NCBI GenBank assembly: GCA_030648035.1
Contig: JAUSII010000116.1
Span: 1 to 60,985, forward strand
Direction: 5' to 3'
Origin: Deltaproteobacteria bacterium
GTDB taxonomy: Bacteria > UBA10199 > SPLOWO2-01-44-7
DNA: 60,985 nt
The notes beneath the pieces were generated by a model. It did not search any database, had not been told where the DNA came from, and was given only the letters and a program-made list of their open reading frames with translations. Position 1 is the stretch's first letter, and each line of letters opens with the position of its first letter. The translations under genes and the position numbers were made by a program. Shown here in pieces: positions 29,832 through 39,517 of this stretch.

Positions 29832-31437
29832 GGAGTTCCTCTTCATAATTGAGCAGGCTGGAATAAAATTTGATCTCGGGATTTTTTTCCTCGATATATT
29901 GTTTTTCCCAGTCGCTCTTGAATAGCATCATCGGATATTCGCGCACATCATAGACGATGTGGGAGTGGTAATAACTTTTAAAATCGTCCATCTTATTTTT
30001 GTTTTTGGAATGATACCAGCACGAAACAGTGTAACCCATCGGCGGGAAAACTGCATCGGCCCCATATTCGTTGAGCAGTCGAAACTTAACGACTTCCAGT
30101 TGCAACGGCCCCACCACGCCAATGATCGTCTCCGAATTGTGCATGCGATGAAAAATCTGCGAGGTCCCCTCTTCGGCCAACTGCTCCAGACCTTTGCGCA
30201 GTTGTTTTATCTTGATCGGATTTTTGAGTTCCACGCGACAGAAAAGATCGGGAGAAAATTGCGGGATGCCGGCAAACTTCAATTCTTCCCCCATCGTTAG
30301 CGTGTCACCAATCATCAGCGTGCCACGGTCGTGAATGCCGATGATGTCGCCGGCATAGGCGCGGTCGATATTTTTTCTCTCCTGCGACATAAACTGCAGG
30401 GCATTGTTGATCTTGAAATCACGCGCATGCCGGACATGATAAACTGTCATCCCCTGAATAAATTCTCCCGAACAGATGCGCAAAAAAGCACAGCGATCGC
30501 GGTGCCGGGGATCCATGTTGGCCTGGATTTTAAAAATGAGCCCGGTGAAAGGGGCCTCTTCAGGGTCGACCAGACGACTCGCGGCCGGACGCGGTCTGGG
30601 GCTGGGAGCATAACGGATGAACGCCTCCAGCAATTCCTGCACACCAAAATTATTGACGGCCGATCCAAAAAAAACGGGACTCAACTCCCCTTTTAAAAAA
30701 CGTTCCTGGTCAAAATCATGTCCCGCCCCCTGCAACAACTCGAGATCGCTTTTCAATTTGTCGATCCATTCCTGTCCCACTTTTTCGCAGAGGATCGGAT
30801 CTTCCAGATCGGTAAAAACTTCCTGCGTAAATTTGAGCGTCTTCTGCCCCGCCGCGAAGAGACGCATTTTTTTCTCCATCAGATCATAGACGCCCTTAAA
30901 ACGTCCGCCACTCCCCACCGGCCACGTCATGGTGAAACAGGGAAGCTGCAAAACCTTTTCCACTTCATCAATCAGCTCAAAGGGATCGCGCCCTTCACGA
31001 TCGAGCTTGTTCATAAAGGTGATGATGGGAAGATGACGATCGCGGCACACCTGAAACAATTTTTTGGTCTGTGTCTCGATCCCCTTGGCGGAGTCGATCA
31101 CCATCAACGCGCTGTCGACCGCCGTCAAAACACGATAGGTGTCTTCGCTGAAATCCTGATGGCCCGGGGTGTCGAGCAGATTGAACTCGTGATCGGCGTA
31201 GGAAAATTGCATGACGCTGGAGGCGACAGAAATGCCGCGCTGTTTTTCAATCTCCATCCAGTCGGAGGTGGCAAAGTGTCCCCGCTTGGCCTTGACCACT
31301 CCCGCCATGTGTATGGCGTTGCCGAAAAGAAGCAGTTTTTCGGTGATGGTGGTTTTGCCGGCGTCCGGGTGCGAAATAATCGCAAATGTTTTGCGGCGTC
31401 TTATTTCGCGCTCTGTTTCGGGGGATACTTTGTTCAT
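29818..31437 (-). CDS. prfC: Peptide chain release factor 3
   Basis: TFAIISHPDAGKTT, SDWMEIEKQRGISV, DTPGHQDFSEDTYR, FKIQANMDPRHRDR. Confidence 0.98.
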   Translation of the reverse strand: MNKVSPETEREIRRRKTFAIISHPDAGKTTITEKLLLFGNAIHMAGVVKAKRGHFATSDWMEIEKQRGISVASSVMQFSYADHEFNLLDTPGHQDFSEDTYRVLTAVDSALMVIDSAKGIETQTKKLFQVCRDRHLPIITFMNKLDREGRDPFELIDEVEKVLQLPCFTMTWPVGSGGRFKGVYDLMEKKMRLFAAGQKTLKFTQEVFTDLEDPILCEKVGQEWIDKLKSDLELLQGAGHDFDQERFLKGELSPVFFGSAVNNFGVQELLEAFIRYAPSPRPRPAASRLVDPEEAPFTGLIFKIQANMDPRHRDRCAFLRICSGEFIQGMTVYHVRHARDFKINNALQFMSQERKNIDRAYAGDIIGIHDRGTLMIGDTLTMGEELKFAGIPQFSPDLFCRVELKNPIKIKQLRKGLEQLAEEGTSQIFHRMHNSETIIGVVGPLQLEVVKFRLLNEYGADAVFPPMGYTVSCWYHSKNKNKMDDFKSYYHSHIVYDVREYPMMLFKSDWEKQYIEEKNPEIKFYSSLLNYEEELHGTD

Positions 31438-31503
31438 AAATTGGGAAAGTCAAAAGCCGCACCGGTTTCCCGGAGCGGCTCTGATCATGAGATTATAGGC
31501 CGA

Positions 31504-31716
31504 TTAAAGTTTTGTGACTTCAGCGGCAAAATCCCCCTTGGGGCCCTGGCTGACGGTGAACTCAACCTGCTGGCCTTCAGCGAGAGATTTGAAACCGTCT
31601 CCCAGAATATTGGTGTGATGGACGAAAAGATCCTTTCCACCATTTTCGGGGGTGATAAAACCGAACCCCTTGGCGTCGTTGAACCACTTGACTGTACCTT
31701 TTTGCTTGTCTGACAT
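31504..31716 (-). CDS. Cold-shock protein
   Basis: [22 protein letters not shown]. Confidence 0.97.
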   Translation of the reverse strand: MSDKQKGTVKWFNDAKGFGFITPENGGKDLFVHHTNILGDGFKSLAEGQQVEFTVSQGPKGDFAAEVTKL

Positions 31717-31775
31717 GATGCCCTCCTTGATTTTTTGGGACCCTATGCGAATTAAAAAACCTTGGCAACAGTATT

Positions 31776-32114
31776 TTACAACCCCTTCACATAATCATCA
31801 ATTCGCCTTCGATCCTCGTTTACCTTGTCGCCTTTGAAATATATTTCGATGAATTCCACATTCCCTTTTTTCTGATACCATGCATAAACGATTCGCAATG
31901 AGGAACCTTTCAAATACCGGCAAAACAACCGTGCTTTAAGAATGGAAACATCCTCATGTTTGATGATAACGTTGAAATGTTTGCTATTGCCCAATGGTTG
32001 AATGAGGAGCAACCGCTTGAATTCTTCAAGATCGTCCGACAGAGAACGGTATTTTTTTGCCAATCGTTTAAATTCTTTTGTAAATTCCGGACCCGCATCA
32101 AAGGTCATCGCCAT
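31776..32114 (-). CDS. RelE/HigB-like putative toxin
   Basis: [32 protein letters not shown]; coupled to the upstream antitoxin. Confidence 0.72.
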   Translation of the reverse strand: MAMTFDAGPEFTKEFKRLAKKYRSLSDDLEEFKRLLLIQPLGNSKHFNVIIKHEDVSILKARLFCRYLKGSSLRIVYAWYQKKGNVEFIEIYFKGDKVNEDRRRIDDYVKGL

Positions 32115-32877
32115 AATTTCTCACAGAATATTTTTCATCGCGATAAAACACGCTTTCATAGGAAAGTGGCTCGCCAAAATTGCGCGTCAACCATGGAACA
32201 TCTCCGTGGGAATAGTCGCTTAACTCTTTGGCATTTTTATCCGACAATCTGGCCAACACTTCGTCGATATGCTCCTTCTCCCGCGCGGAAAACAGGGAAA
32301 GGTCGGGAGAACGGTGGGGAAGGTACTTTTTCTGTTCGTGCTGAAAATATTTGCTTTTAACGGTCTCCAATTCTCCCTGCGATTCCATCTGTTCAATAAT
32401 TTTTTTAAATTCAACGGGGGTGGGACCATAATGGTTTTTGATATAGGTGGCACCAATCAACTGCTCCTCAAATTTTTCATAATAATCAAAGTCAATAAAG
32501 TAGAGCAATTTATACAACACCGTTTCACCCACATTCGGCTTGCCCCCGACTTTTGACAAAATGTAGAGCAAAACCTCTTTGAACTTTTTAAGATTTTTCT
32601 GTGGAATACTGACGCGGATTCCCTCTTTTTGCGACCGCACCACTTTCTCATCCCTCTCAATTTGGACGACAGGAGCCAACCCTTCTTCCCCGCGCAAAAA
32701 CTTTTCAAACGGGATGCTGAAAATATCCGCCAACTTCTTTGCCTCGGTAATCGTCAAATCACGATCGCCCTGCTCAATCTGCACATACGTTGGGCGAGAG
32801 ATGCCCAATTCTGATGCCAAAAATTCCTGTGTCAGATTGTGTTTTTTGCGCTGTTCCTGAATGAATTTTGAAAGCAT
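32098..32877 (-). CDS. XRE HTH + SocA/Panacea (DUF4065) antitoxin
   Basis: LTQEFLA.ELGISRPTY..IE.G HTH; LYKLLYFIDF, YGPTP, ELSDYSH.DVPW. Confidence 0.88.
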   Translation of the reverse strand: MLSKFIQEQRKKHNLTQEFLASELGISRPTYVQIEQGDRDLTITEAKKLADIFSIPFEKFLRGEEGLAPVVQIERDEKVVRSQKEGIRVSIPQKNLKKFKEVLLYILSKVGGKPNVGETVLYKLLYFIDFDYYEKFEEQLIGATYIKNHYGPTPVEFKKIIEQMESQGELETVKSKYFQHEQKKYLPHRSPDLSLFSAREKEHIDEVLARLSDKNAKELSDYSHGDVPWLTRNFGEPLSYESVFYRDEKYSVRNYGDDL

Positions 32878-32883
32878 GGACTC

Positions 32884-32912
32884 ATGCTAGTGGATGTAAA
32901 AATTATTGTCAA
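32884..32912 (-). promoter_or_regulatory. Sigma70 promoter of the TA operon (probably leaderless)
   Basis: TTGACA-N17-TAGCAT, 6 nt before ATG; ATGTAAA repeats nearby could be operators. Confidence 0.6.
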
Positions 32913-32937
32913 TTTAAATGTAAATATTTTTAACATT

Positions 32938-33996
32938 TTAAAGCGTCAGAGACAAAGAAGAGACGACAAAGCCGTCGGGTTTGACCAGAGTGCCGGTGTT
33001 GTTTGTGTAGATCGGATTTTGGGCGTGAAAACCCCGCATTTCGGTTCGCCATAAGAACCCTTTCCAAAGCTGGACATCGACATTGACAGAACCGCCCCAT
33101 GTTTTGAAGCCATCGGAGGTGTTGGTCGCCACAATCACCTGATCGGCGTCCCAATAAAATTCCATGCGACCTGTCATCGAAATCACTTTTGAAAAAGCAT
33201 GACGAAGTTGCACATGTCCTCCATGCCAAAAACTGAACCCATCAACATTCGGCTTGGCTTGCTGGCCAAAGTCGTATTGGGCGGCCACTTGCCAGGTGGA
33301 GGTCAGATTATATTTTGCATAAACATCGTTAAAAAATCGCATCTCCCCCGATTCCTTCCCGATAAAATTATTATAGTTCAGCGAAAAAACATCACTCGGA
33401 GTATACGCGACACTCATTCCGACCGATTTACTGTGATCGAGTGGTGTAATCCTCTGCCAACCATTCATCACGTTCAACTGCACCAGCCAGGGATCGGATA
33501 TTTTGTAACTCATCCGAACACCGAGCTGATAATAGGGTGAAAAATCGCAGGGCATGGAACGGGTGTAAGTCCAGTCATTGCGGGAAATAAAACTTTCCAT
33601 GCCATAGGGTGAAAAATAGATTCCGGTATCGATCCAGAAATCTTTTAACGGCTGAAAGCCGACATAGGATTCCTGCAGAAAACGGACATTTGTATTTTCT
33701 TCTGCGGAATAGTTTCTGTTGACGGCCCTGCCCCCCTGCACCGCCAGACGACCCCTCACAAAATCACTCTCCAGATTCAAATCGGCGTAGGCCAGATTGA
33801 CATTAAAACCATCACGCGCCGGAGTCGTGAGATAAGGGACACTGCCGCCCGGGGGGTTGTCAAAATCGTAGGCATAATATCCATCCACAAAAGCACCCGC
33901 TTTGAGATGTTTGGTAATAGCATGACCTCCCTGATAATACTGCGCCCATGCAGAGTTCTGCGCGCAGAGCAGAAAAAACAAAATCCATTTTTTCAT
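32938..33996 (-). CDS. Outer-membrane beta-barrel porin of the type found with kdp operons
   Basis: Signal peptide; FVDGYYAYDF, G.ESFIS..DWTYTRS...DFSPYYQ.G, NGWQ; follows the kdpE remnant. Confidence 0.8.
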   Translation of the reverse strand: MKKWILFFLLCAQNSAWAQYYQGGHAITKHLKAGAFVDGYYAYDFDNPPGGSVPYLTTPARDGFNVNLAYADLNLESDFVRGRLAVQGGRAVNRNYSAEENTNVRFLQESYVGFQPLKDFWIDTGIYFSPYGMESFISRNDWTYTRSMPCDFSPYYQLGVRMSYKISDPWLVQLNVMNGWQRITPLDHSKSVGMSVAYTPSDVFSLNYNNFIGKESGEMRFFNDVYAKYNLTSTWQVAAQYDFGQQAKPNVDGFSFWHGGHVQLRHAFSKVISMTGRMEFYWDADQVIVATNTSDGFKTWGGSVNVDVQLWKGFLWRTEMRGFHAQNPIYTNNTGTLVKPDGFVVSSLSLTL

Positions 33997-34139
33997 TTTT
34001 TTTCTTCCTTGATGAGAAGCCGGTATCCGACACCCGGCTCTGTCACGATTAATTTTGTCGATTCTTCATCCGGTTCTATTTTTCGGCGCAGGTGTCCCAT
34101 ATAAACTCTCAAATATTGGGTATGCTCCACCGAATTGGG
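33993..34139 (-). pseudogene. kdpE: 3' remnant of the response regulator kdpE
   Basis: PNSVEHTQYLRVYMGHLRRKIEPD....KLIVTEPGVGYRL is the characteristic KdpE winged-helix end. Confidence 0.85.
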
Positions 34140-34210
34140 GGGTGAAGTATGGCGTAGAGCAGATAACCCGCCAAAACAATTGCGATGATTCCGGCCAGAT
34201 AGCAATCCAT
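34137..34210 (-). pseudogene. kdpF: kdpF lacking its last codons
   Basis: AAGGAG RBS; MDCYLAGIIAIVLAGYLLYAILHP matches the KdpF YL.YALL.P pattern. Confidence 0.75.
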
Positions 34211-34267
34211 GGGAAGCTCCTTTACAGAGGAACTTGGAGATGAGGAAGTAAAAATAATGTAAAAATT

Positions 34268-34348
34268 TGGCGGGCCACCGTGGACGACGTTAGAACCAAG
34301 ATTCAACAAACACCAGGGCTGATTTTCATCCCCAAGCTGGCAGCTTAA
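34268..34348 (+). other. Detached C-terminal coding tail of the serine integrase (left att junction)
   Basis: TGG CGG GCC ACC GTG GAC GAC GTT AGA ACC... = WRATVDDVRTKIQQTPGLIFIPKLAA*; shares the W-R codons with integrase ...STWR. Confidence 0.75.
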
Positions 34349-34675
34349 GACTTGGTTACTTTGTTAAGACGGGGCCGCGTAGCGGTCACGTCCGCCGAAG
34401 GCGGCTCTTATTGGCCCGTAGGCCAGTTCGCTGGGATATCGCCACACAGGCCAAATTTTACCCCACCGTGGGGCTCACTATATATTTTTACCGGTGCTTC
34501 TACCGGCGTTTTCAGACACTCGTTATACTTTCTTGCGAACTGTTAAGGATTCCTTGACAGTTGCCTCTGCGAAAATTGACGAGCTCATTTCTGCATTTCT
34601 CTCTATTTCAACATTTTGAACTACCGAGAAATCCTCGGTGGTTGCCTCTACTTTAGCCCCTAGGCAAAATGGCTA

Positions 34676-37096
34676 TCATGATTCTTGGAGCTTCTTTTTT
34701 TGCGTTTCAACGAGCTCATCTTTTATGGGACTATTGGCAAAGATAGTCCCCCAAACTTCATAAATGAATCTATGGATATCACCAATGTTTACCATCGATA
34801 AAATCATGTCATCAGAATCCTGCTTGATTGGTAAGCGATTCAGTTTTTCCCTCACAAAATCGCTCTCCCATTTGATCACCTCCTCATGCAGTTGATCATT
34901 TGATGGCAAGCCCTTGATGTCTTCTACTTTTATACCTTTTGGAAGTTGATCGGGAGTAGGAGGCGGATACTTCTTGCGGTACATTTCCTCAAAAGTGCGA
35001 ATCATGCCAACAATCTTGTTAAATAAAGTCAGCTTATTCTTTTTGAACGCCAATACACCTAGGTAGCAGACACATAACATTATTCTTGGTTCGTCGTAGC
35101 CATACCCTTTACCAGACTTTTCGAGAAAGTCTTTTGCGATAGAAAAGGCTGCATCAATACATTTGTCTGCAAGATCATCCTGAATATCCTGATGCAGAAG
35201 TATCAGTCCCGTCTTTGCTGGCGTTTCAATAATTTCCTCAAAATAAATTGAATGTCTTGCTTGCAATGCATTGTGAATAAACCAGCCAGGAAGATGAATA
35301 TTCCAACTCATACGATTTTTTAATGCATCACTATCGGAGAAATTACCCTTGTTTAATACATCTATGATCATCCTGTTCCAATTGAAAATTAGGATCGATA
35401 CAGCTTGCGCGATGACATTATCGCAATTCTTTATTTGCTCTGTCATTGAACGGAGCACACGATATATCTCCTCAAAAGCTTCAATGATATTTCCTTCATA
35501 GTTTATTTTTTCATCATTGGTCTTCTTTTGATGGATTTGAAACATTAAACCGATAATATTGGTTAGACGACCAAACGTTATATTAACACCGTAATCAATA
35601 TTGAAGTCATCCCCCAATAAACCAGCGAGTTTAGCAACATGCGAACCAACAATAATTGATTGTATCTTTTCCAATATGCCTTTGATTTCCAGATCCCTCA
35701 TTTCGTGTTGAACAACCCTGGTCAAAATATTCAACAGAGAGTCATTGCACTGATTAATGATGAAGGACTTTTGTGCCTGAATGCCATACGCCGCTATATT
35801 GACTAGCTTTTGCTCGATTTGGTGGTATGGCGTTGTTTCCATTTCTTTCGCAATCGACTGGCCCAATTCGTCCAAAATGAAAATCGACTGATAAACCACT
35901 TCCACATCACCATGTCGAATGGCCGAATCGACATACATGCATAAATATCCGATGACTTGGCTGAAAACAGGATTTTGGCAGCTTGTATTTAAAAATTTCG
36001 TGTCTTTTGCAGCGTTTGAGATTGCTTTATACACATGTAGAATTTTTACAGCATTTTGCGTTAGCTGATTTTTCATGAAGTCATCACCAGCTTTATTTAG
36101 TCGGTCCATTATTGAGCCAGTAAAGTTTTGCGTATCATGTTCGAGCGCCAGAGGGGCAAGAGCAGATGGGAGGGCAACGGAATAATTTTTTTTGAGTCCC
36201 ATGAATTTAATCAGTATATTCCCGACGGCCATCATGCCGCTATCAACCGCACCTAATTCATGCCTAGCGGACAATTTCATGGATATTTCTAAAATATTTT
36301 CAACCTGTCGGTTCAGGTCAGCCCATTTTCTTAAAAGAATCTCATTGGAGATTGAAAGACGGACAAGATCTTCATTTTTTTCTTTGCTCATTAACGAAGC
36401 AAATTCAGTGAATCGCATAATCTCAACATTAGTATCTTTAAGGAATGAGGTCGCCTGTTTTTCTAGGAAAGCAAGGGTATGCAAGGGGTTTATCTTTTCT
36501 CTGACCCTTTTAAATTGAACCGCCACCAGAATGAAAAGAAGCATCATTACCACCAAGATTGCACAGATGCTTCCGATCTTTAGGACCCGGAGAGAAGCTT
36601 GGTCATTCCCACTCCAAAGAATCGCGAATGCGAAAAAGGCAACCGTAATAAATACTATACCTACATAAATAAGCCGCTCTTTTATACCATGCGTATATAC
36701 TTCAAAAAATCTTGAGGAATATAGATCTGCAGAATTTTGAAGGGCAAATAGAGACAGAGAAAATATGATAGCTAAAACGCTACCACTCATTGCACCAGCA
36801 CCAATGAACAGATTGGCCATTGCATCATTGGAAATGGCATCAATACCGAAATAGTGGAGCATTAAAGCAGAAAATGCAATTGCGAGAACAATACCTAAAA
36901 TACCTGCGAGCAACTCAAAATATTTGGATAGCCACTGGCCAAATCGTTTATATCTCCCGATATAGGTCAACTTGGTTAAGAGCCAGTCACGGTAAAGAAA
37001 TAAATAAAGAGCAGACTTGAATGAGCGAAGCCGTTGTGCCAATTTAGATAGGCAGATTTTTATTTTTGAAAATATTTTTAACGCCTTTATTCGCAA
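34676..37096 (-). CDS. Large hypothetical membrane protein (about 4 N-terminal TMs, DUF2254-like, plus helical C-terminal region)
   Basis: 806-codon AT-rich ORF; SVLAIIFSLSLFALQ.SADLYSSR pattern; start uncertain. Confidence 0.75.
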   Translation of the reverse strand: MRIKALKIFSKIKICLSKLAQRLRSFKSALYLFLYRDWLLTKLTYIGRYKRFGQWLSKYFELLAGILGIVLAIAFSALMLHYFGIDAISNDAMANLFIGAGAMSGSVLAIIFSLSLFALQNSADLYSSRFFEVYTHGIKERLIYVGIVFITVAFFAFAILWSGNDQASLRVLKIGSICAILVVMMLLFILVAVQFKRVREKINPLHTLAFLEKQATSFLKDTNVEIMRFTEFASLMSKEKNEDLVRLSISNEILLRKWADLNRQVENILEISMKLSARHELGAVDSGMMAVGNILIKFMGLKKNYSVALPSALAPLALEHDTQNFTGSIMDRLNKAGDDFMKNQLTQNAVKILHVYKAISNAAKDTKFLNTSCQNPVFSQVIGYLCMYVDSAIRHGDVEVVYQSIFILDELGQSIAKEMETTPYHQIEQKLVNIAAYGIQAQKSFIINQCNDSLLNILTRVVQHEMRDLEIKGILEKIQSIIVGSHVAKLAGLLGDDFNIDYGVNITFGRLTNIIGLMFQIHQKKTNDEKINYEGNIIEAFEEIYRVLRSMTEQIKNCDNVIAQAVSILIFNWNRMIIDVLNKGNFSDSDALKNRMSWNIHLPGWFIHNALQARHSIYFEEIIETPAKTGLILLHQDIQDDLADKCIDAAFSIAKDFLEKSGKGYGYDEPRIMLCVCYLGVLAFKKNKLTLFNKIVGMIRTFEEMYRKKYPPPTPDQLPKGIKVEDIKGLPSNDQLHEEVIKWESDFVREKLNRLPIKQDSDDMILSMVNIGDIHRFIYEVWGTIFANSPIKDELVETQKKKLQES

Positions 37097-37117
37097 GTAG
37101 TAGTTCCTTCCACGATT

Positions 37118-39517
37118 TCAACTGTTCGTATCCTGTGCCCTCTCATACAAATACCTCTGAAACCCACTAAACACCTGTGCAATCTGTTCGGGCCGACCAA
37201 GATCAGTGATCGCATCAGCAATCGAATCATGATACTTGAGTCGCAACAAGGGAGTGAGTTTGGACTGGTCTAGTTCTTCAACGCCAATTGTCACGTAGTG
37301 GGCGAGAACAAAATTCAGAAAATCTTGTTTTTTATTGTCGAAATTATTCGCAATGGCGACCTTGGCGCGGGTGGCACGTTCTTCACGGGTAAGCGGCTCA
37401 AGGGCAAAAGCCACGTGACTTAAGACATCAAACAAGTCGCTATTTTCGGCATTAATGATCTTTTGCATTTCGGTAAGTTGCTCGGTGCCAAAACCCTTTT
37501 CGGCCAATCCCTCAAGGAGTCGTTTGCGGGTTTCTGGCAGGCTCCACAGTTTTCGAAGTTCCTCTTCGTCTTTGAAAAAATCCGGTAATTTTCCAAAGAG
37601 CATTTCCATGAATTGAGCCGCAGACATGGGAGTACCATCAGGGTGCCAAAAGCTGGTGCACATCATGTGTTGAATGGTACGCGCTTTACCGTCGGCCAGT
37701 TTAATTTTCGCTTTCTTTTTGCAAATACAAGGCCGCATACCACACTTTGGGCAAGGCTCTTTTGGGCATTCACACGGACTTTGAGCACAGATGGCACAAG
37801 GTTGCGGTGGTCTAACTTCGCAAGCGCATGGCTTTTGGCCGCATTTTTTGCATGATCCTTCAGGCTCTGGTTCAATGGGCTCGCCATCCCACTCAGGATC
37901 ACTAAAATGATGATGGGCTTTCACAAAATCATAGATCGTGAAGTAATCTTTGCCATCATAAAGCCTAGTGCCACGACCAATGATTTGCTTAAACTCAATC
38001 ATCGAGTTTATTGGTCGCATCAAAACGATGTTGCGTATATTCCGTGCATCCACACCGGTAGAAAGTTTTTGTGATGTGGTGAGAATGGTGGGGATAGATT
38101 TTTCATTGTCCTGAAAGTCACGCAGGTGTTGCTCGCCAAGCGAACCATCGTGGGCGGTCACACGCTGGCAATAATTTGGATCTTTGCTGGTTTTGATTTG
38201 ATTAATCAGATCGCGAACAGCAAGGGCATGGGCCTGCGTGGCGCAAAAGACGATGGTCTTTTCTTTCTGGTTGATTTGGGACATGAAGATTTCAACCCGT
38301 TTCTTTTCGCGCTCCTTGATTTCGATGATCTTGTTAAAATCTTTTTCTTCGTAGCGTTTGCCCGCTTCAATCTCGCCTTCAATGAGTTGGTCATCGGACG
38401 TGTACACATACTCATCAAGAGTTGTCGCAATTTGCCTCACGCGAAATGGAGTGAGGAACCCGTCATTGATGCCGTCTTTGAGAGAATACACATAAACAGG
38501 CTCACCAAAATAGGCGTAGGTATCCACGTTGTCTTTTCGTTTGGGTGTTGCAGTGAGTCCCAGTTGCACGGCGGGTGCAAAATAATCGAGGATGCTGCGC
38601 CAATTACTTTCATCGTTCGCACCACCTCGATGACATTCGTCAATGACGATGAAATCAAAAAAATCTGGCGGGTACTCACCAAAATATGGTGAAGGATGAC
38701 CATCTTTGGGTGGCCCACTCATGAAGGTCTGAAAAATAGTGAAAAAGATATTGCCGTTTTTTGGAACTTTCCCTTTTTTCTTGATGTCATCAGGGGCAAT
38801 GCGCACCAAAGCATCTTCTGGAAAAGCCGAAAAGGCATTGTAGGCTTGGTCGGCCAGAATATTGCGATCTGCTAAAAATAAAATACGGGGTCTGCGCGTC
38901 GGTTCACCACTCAAATTCCATCGGCTATGAAAAAGCTTCCAGGCAATTTGAAACGCTATAAAGGTTTTACCCGTGCCGGTGGCCAGTGTGAGCAAAACTC
39001 TCGTTTTGTTATCAGCAACGACCTCAAGAACTCGATCAATGGCAGTATCTTGATAATAACGACCTTGAAAAGCACCGCCTTTATCTTCAAAAGGGACTAC
39101 CGCAAAGCGATCACGCCACGCATTCTGCTCGGCAAAAGTTTGGTCCCACAGTTCTTGAGGGGTAGGAAATGTACTGACTTCATCTTCACCGCCTAACTTC
39201 ATGTCGATCGCATAAATACCTTGGCCGTTGGTGGCATAAGTGAAGCGGATGGCAAGTTTTGCTGCGTAGTCCTTGGCTTGGCCAACACCTTCGGTCAATT
39301 CTTGATCCCAAGCCTTGGCCTCCACAACAGCCAGTTTGGTATTACGATAAATCAAAACATAATCGGCAGTGAGCGCTTTGCCACGTTTGCCTTGGCCTTC
39401 AAGCCGCCCAAGTGTGATTGGGTATTCGCGACGAATGCGACTACCTTCCACAACACCCCAACCAGCGGCGGCAAGAGCAGGGTCAATATGTTCAGCTCTG
39501 GTTTCGGCTTCGTTCAT
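37118..39517 (-). CDS. hsdR: Type I restriction subunit R, EcoEI/EcoAI-like
   Basis: MNEAETRAEHIDP, ADYVL..VVEAK, ATGTGKT, DECHRG, TATP, QIIGRGTR. Confidence 0.96.
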   Translation of the reverse strand: MNEAETRAEHIDPALAAAGWGVVEGSRIRREYPITLGRLEGQGKRGKALTADYVLIYRNTKLAVVEAKAWDQELTEGVGQAKDYAAKLAIRFTYATNGQGIYAIDMKLGGEDEVSTFPTPQELWDQTFAEQNAWRDRFAVVPFEDKGGAFQGRYYQDTAIDRVLEVVADNKTRVLLTLATGTGKTFIAFQIAWKLFHSRWNLSGEPTRRPRILFLADRNILADQAYNAFSAFPEDALVRIAPDDIKKKGKVPKNGNIFFTIFQTFMSGPPKDGHPSPYFGEYPPDFFDFIVIDECHRGGANDESNWRSILDYFAPAVQLGLTATPKRKDNVDTYAYFGEPVYVYSLKDGINDGFLTPFRVRQIATTLDEYVYTSDDQLIEGEIEAGKRYEEKDFNKIIEIKEREKKRVEIFMSQINQKEKTIVFCATQAHALAVRDLINQIKTSKDPNYCQRVTAHDGSLGEQHLRDFQDNEKSIPTILTTSQKLSTGVDARNIRNIVLMRPINSMIEFKQIIGRGTRLYDGKDYFTIYDFVKAHHHFSDPEWDGEPIEPEPEGSCKKCGQKPCACEVRPPQPCAICAQSPCECPKEPCPKCGMRPCICKKKAKIKLADGKARTIQHMMCTSFWHPDGTPMSAAQFMEMLFGKLPDFFKDEEELRKLWSLPETRKRLLEGLAEKGFGTEQLTEMQKIINAENSDLFDVLSHVAFALEPLTREERATRAKVAIANNFDNKKQDFLNFVLAHYVTIGVEELDQSKLTPLLRLKYHDSIADAITDLGRPEQIAQVFSGFQRYLYERAQDTNS

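Noticed and set aside
33993-34309. ORFs 33993-34205 and 34109-34309 as intact genes
   Set aside because: They are chimeric frames across the kdpF/kdpE deletion and the att site.
34523-34672. Read-through extension of the 806-aa protein carrying two RhuM-like motifs
   Set aside because: It is in frame but follows two consecutive stops (TGA TAG) and has no good start; treated as a remnant bearing the palindromes.
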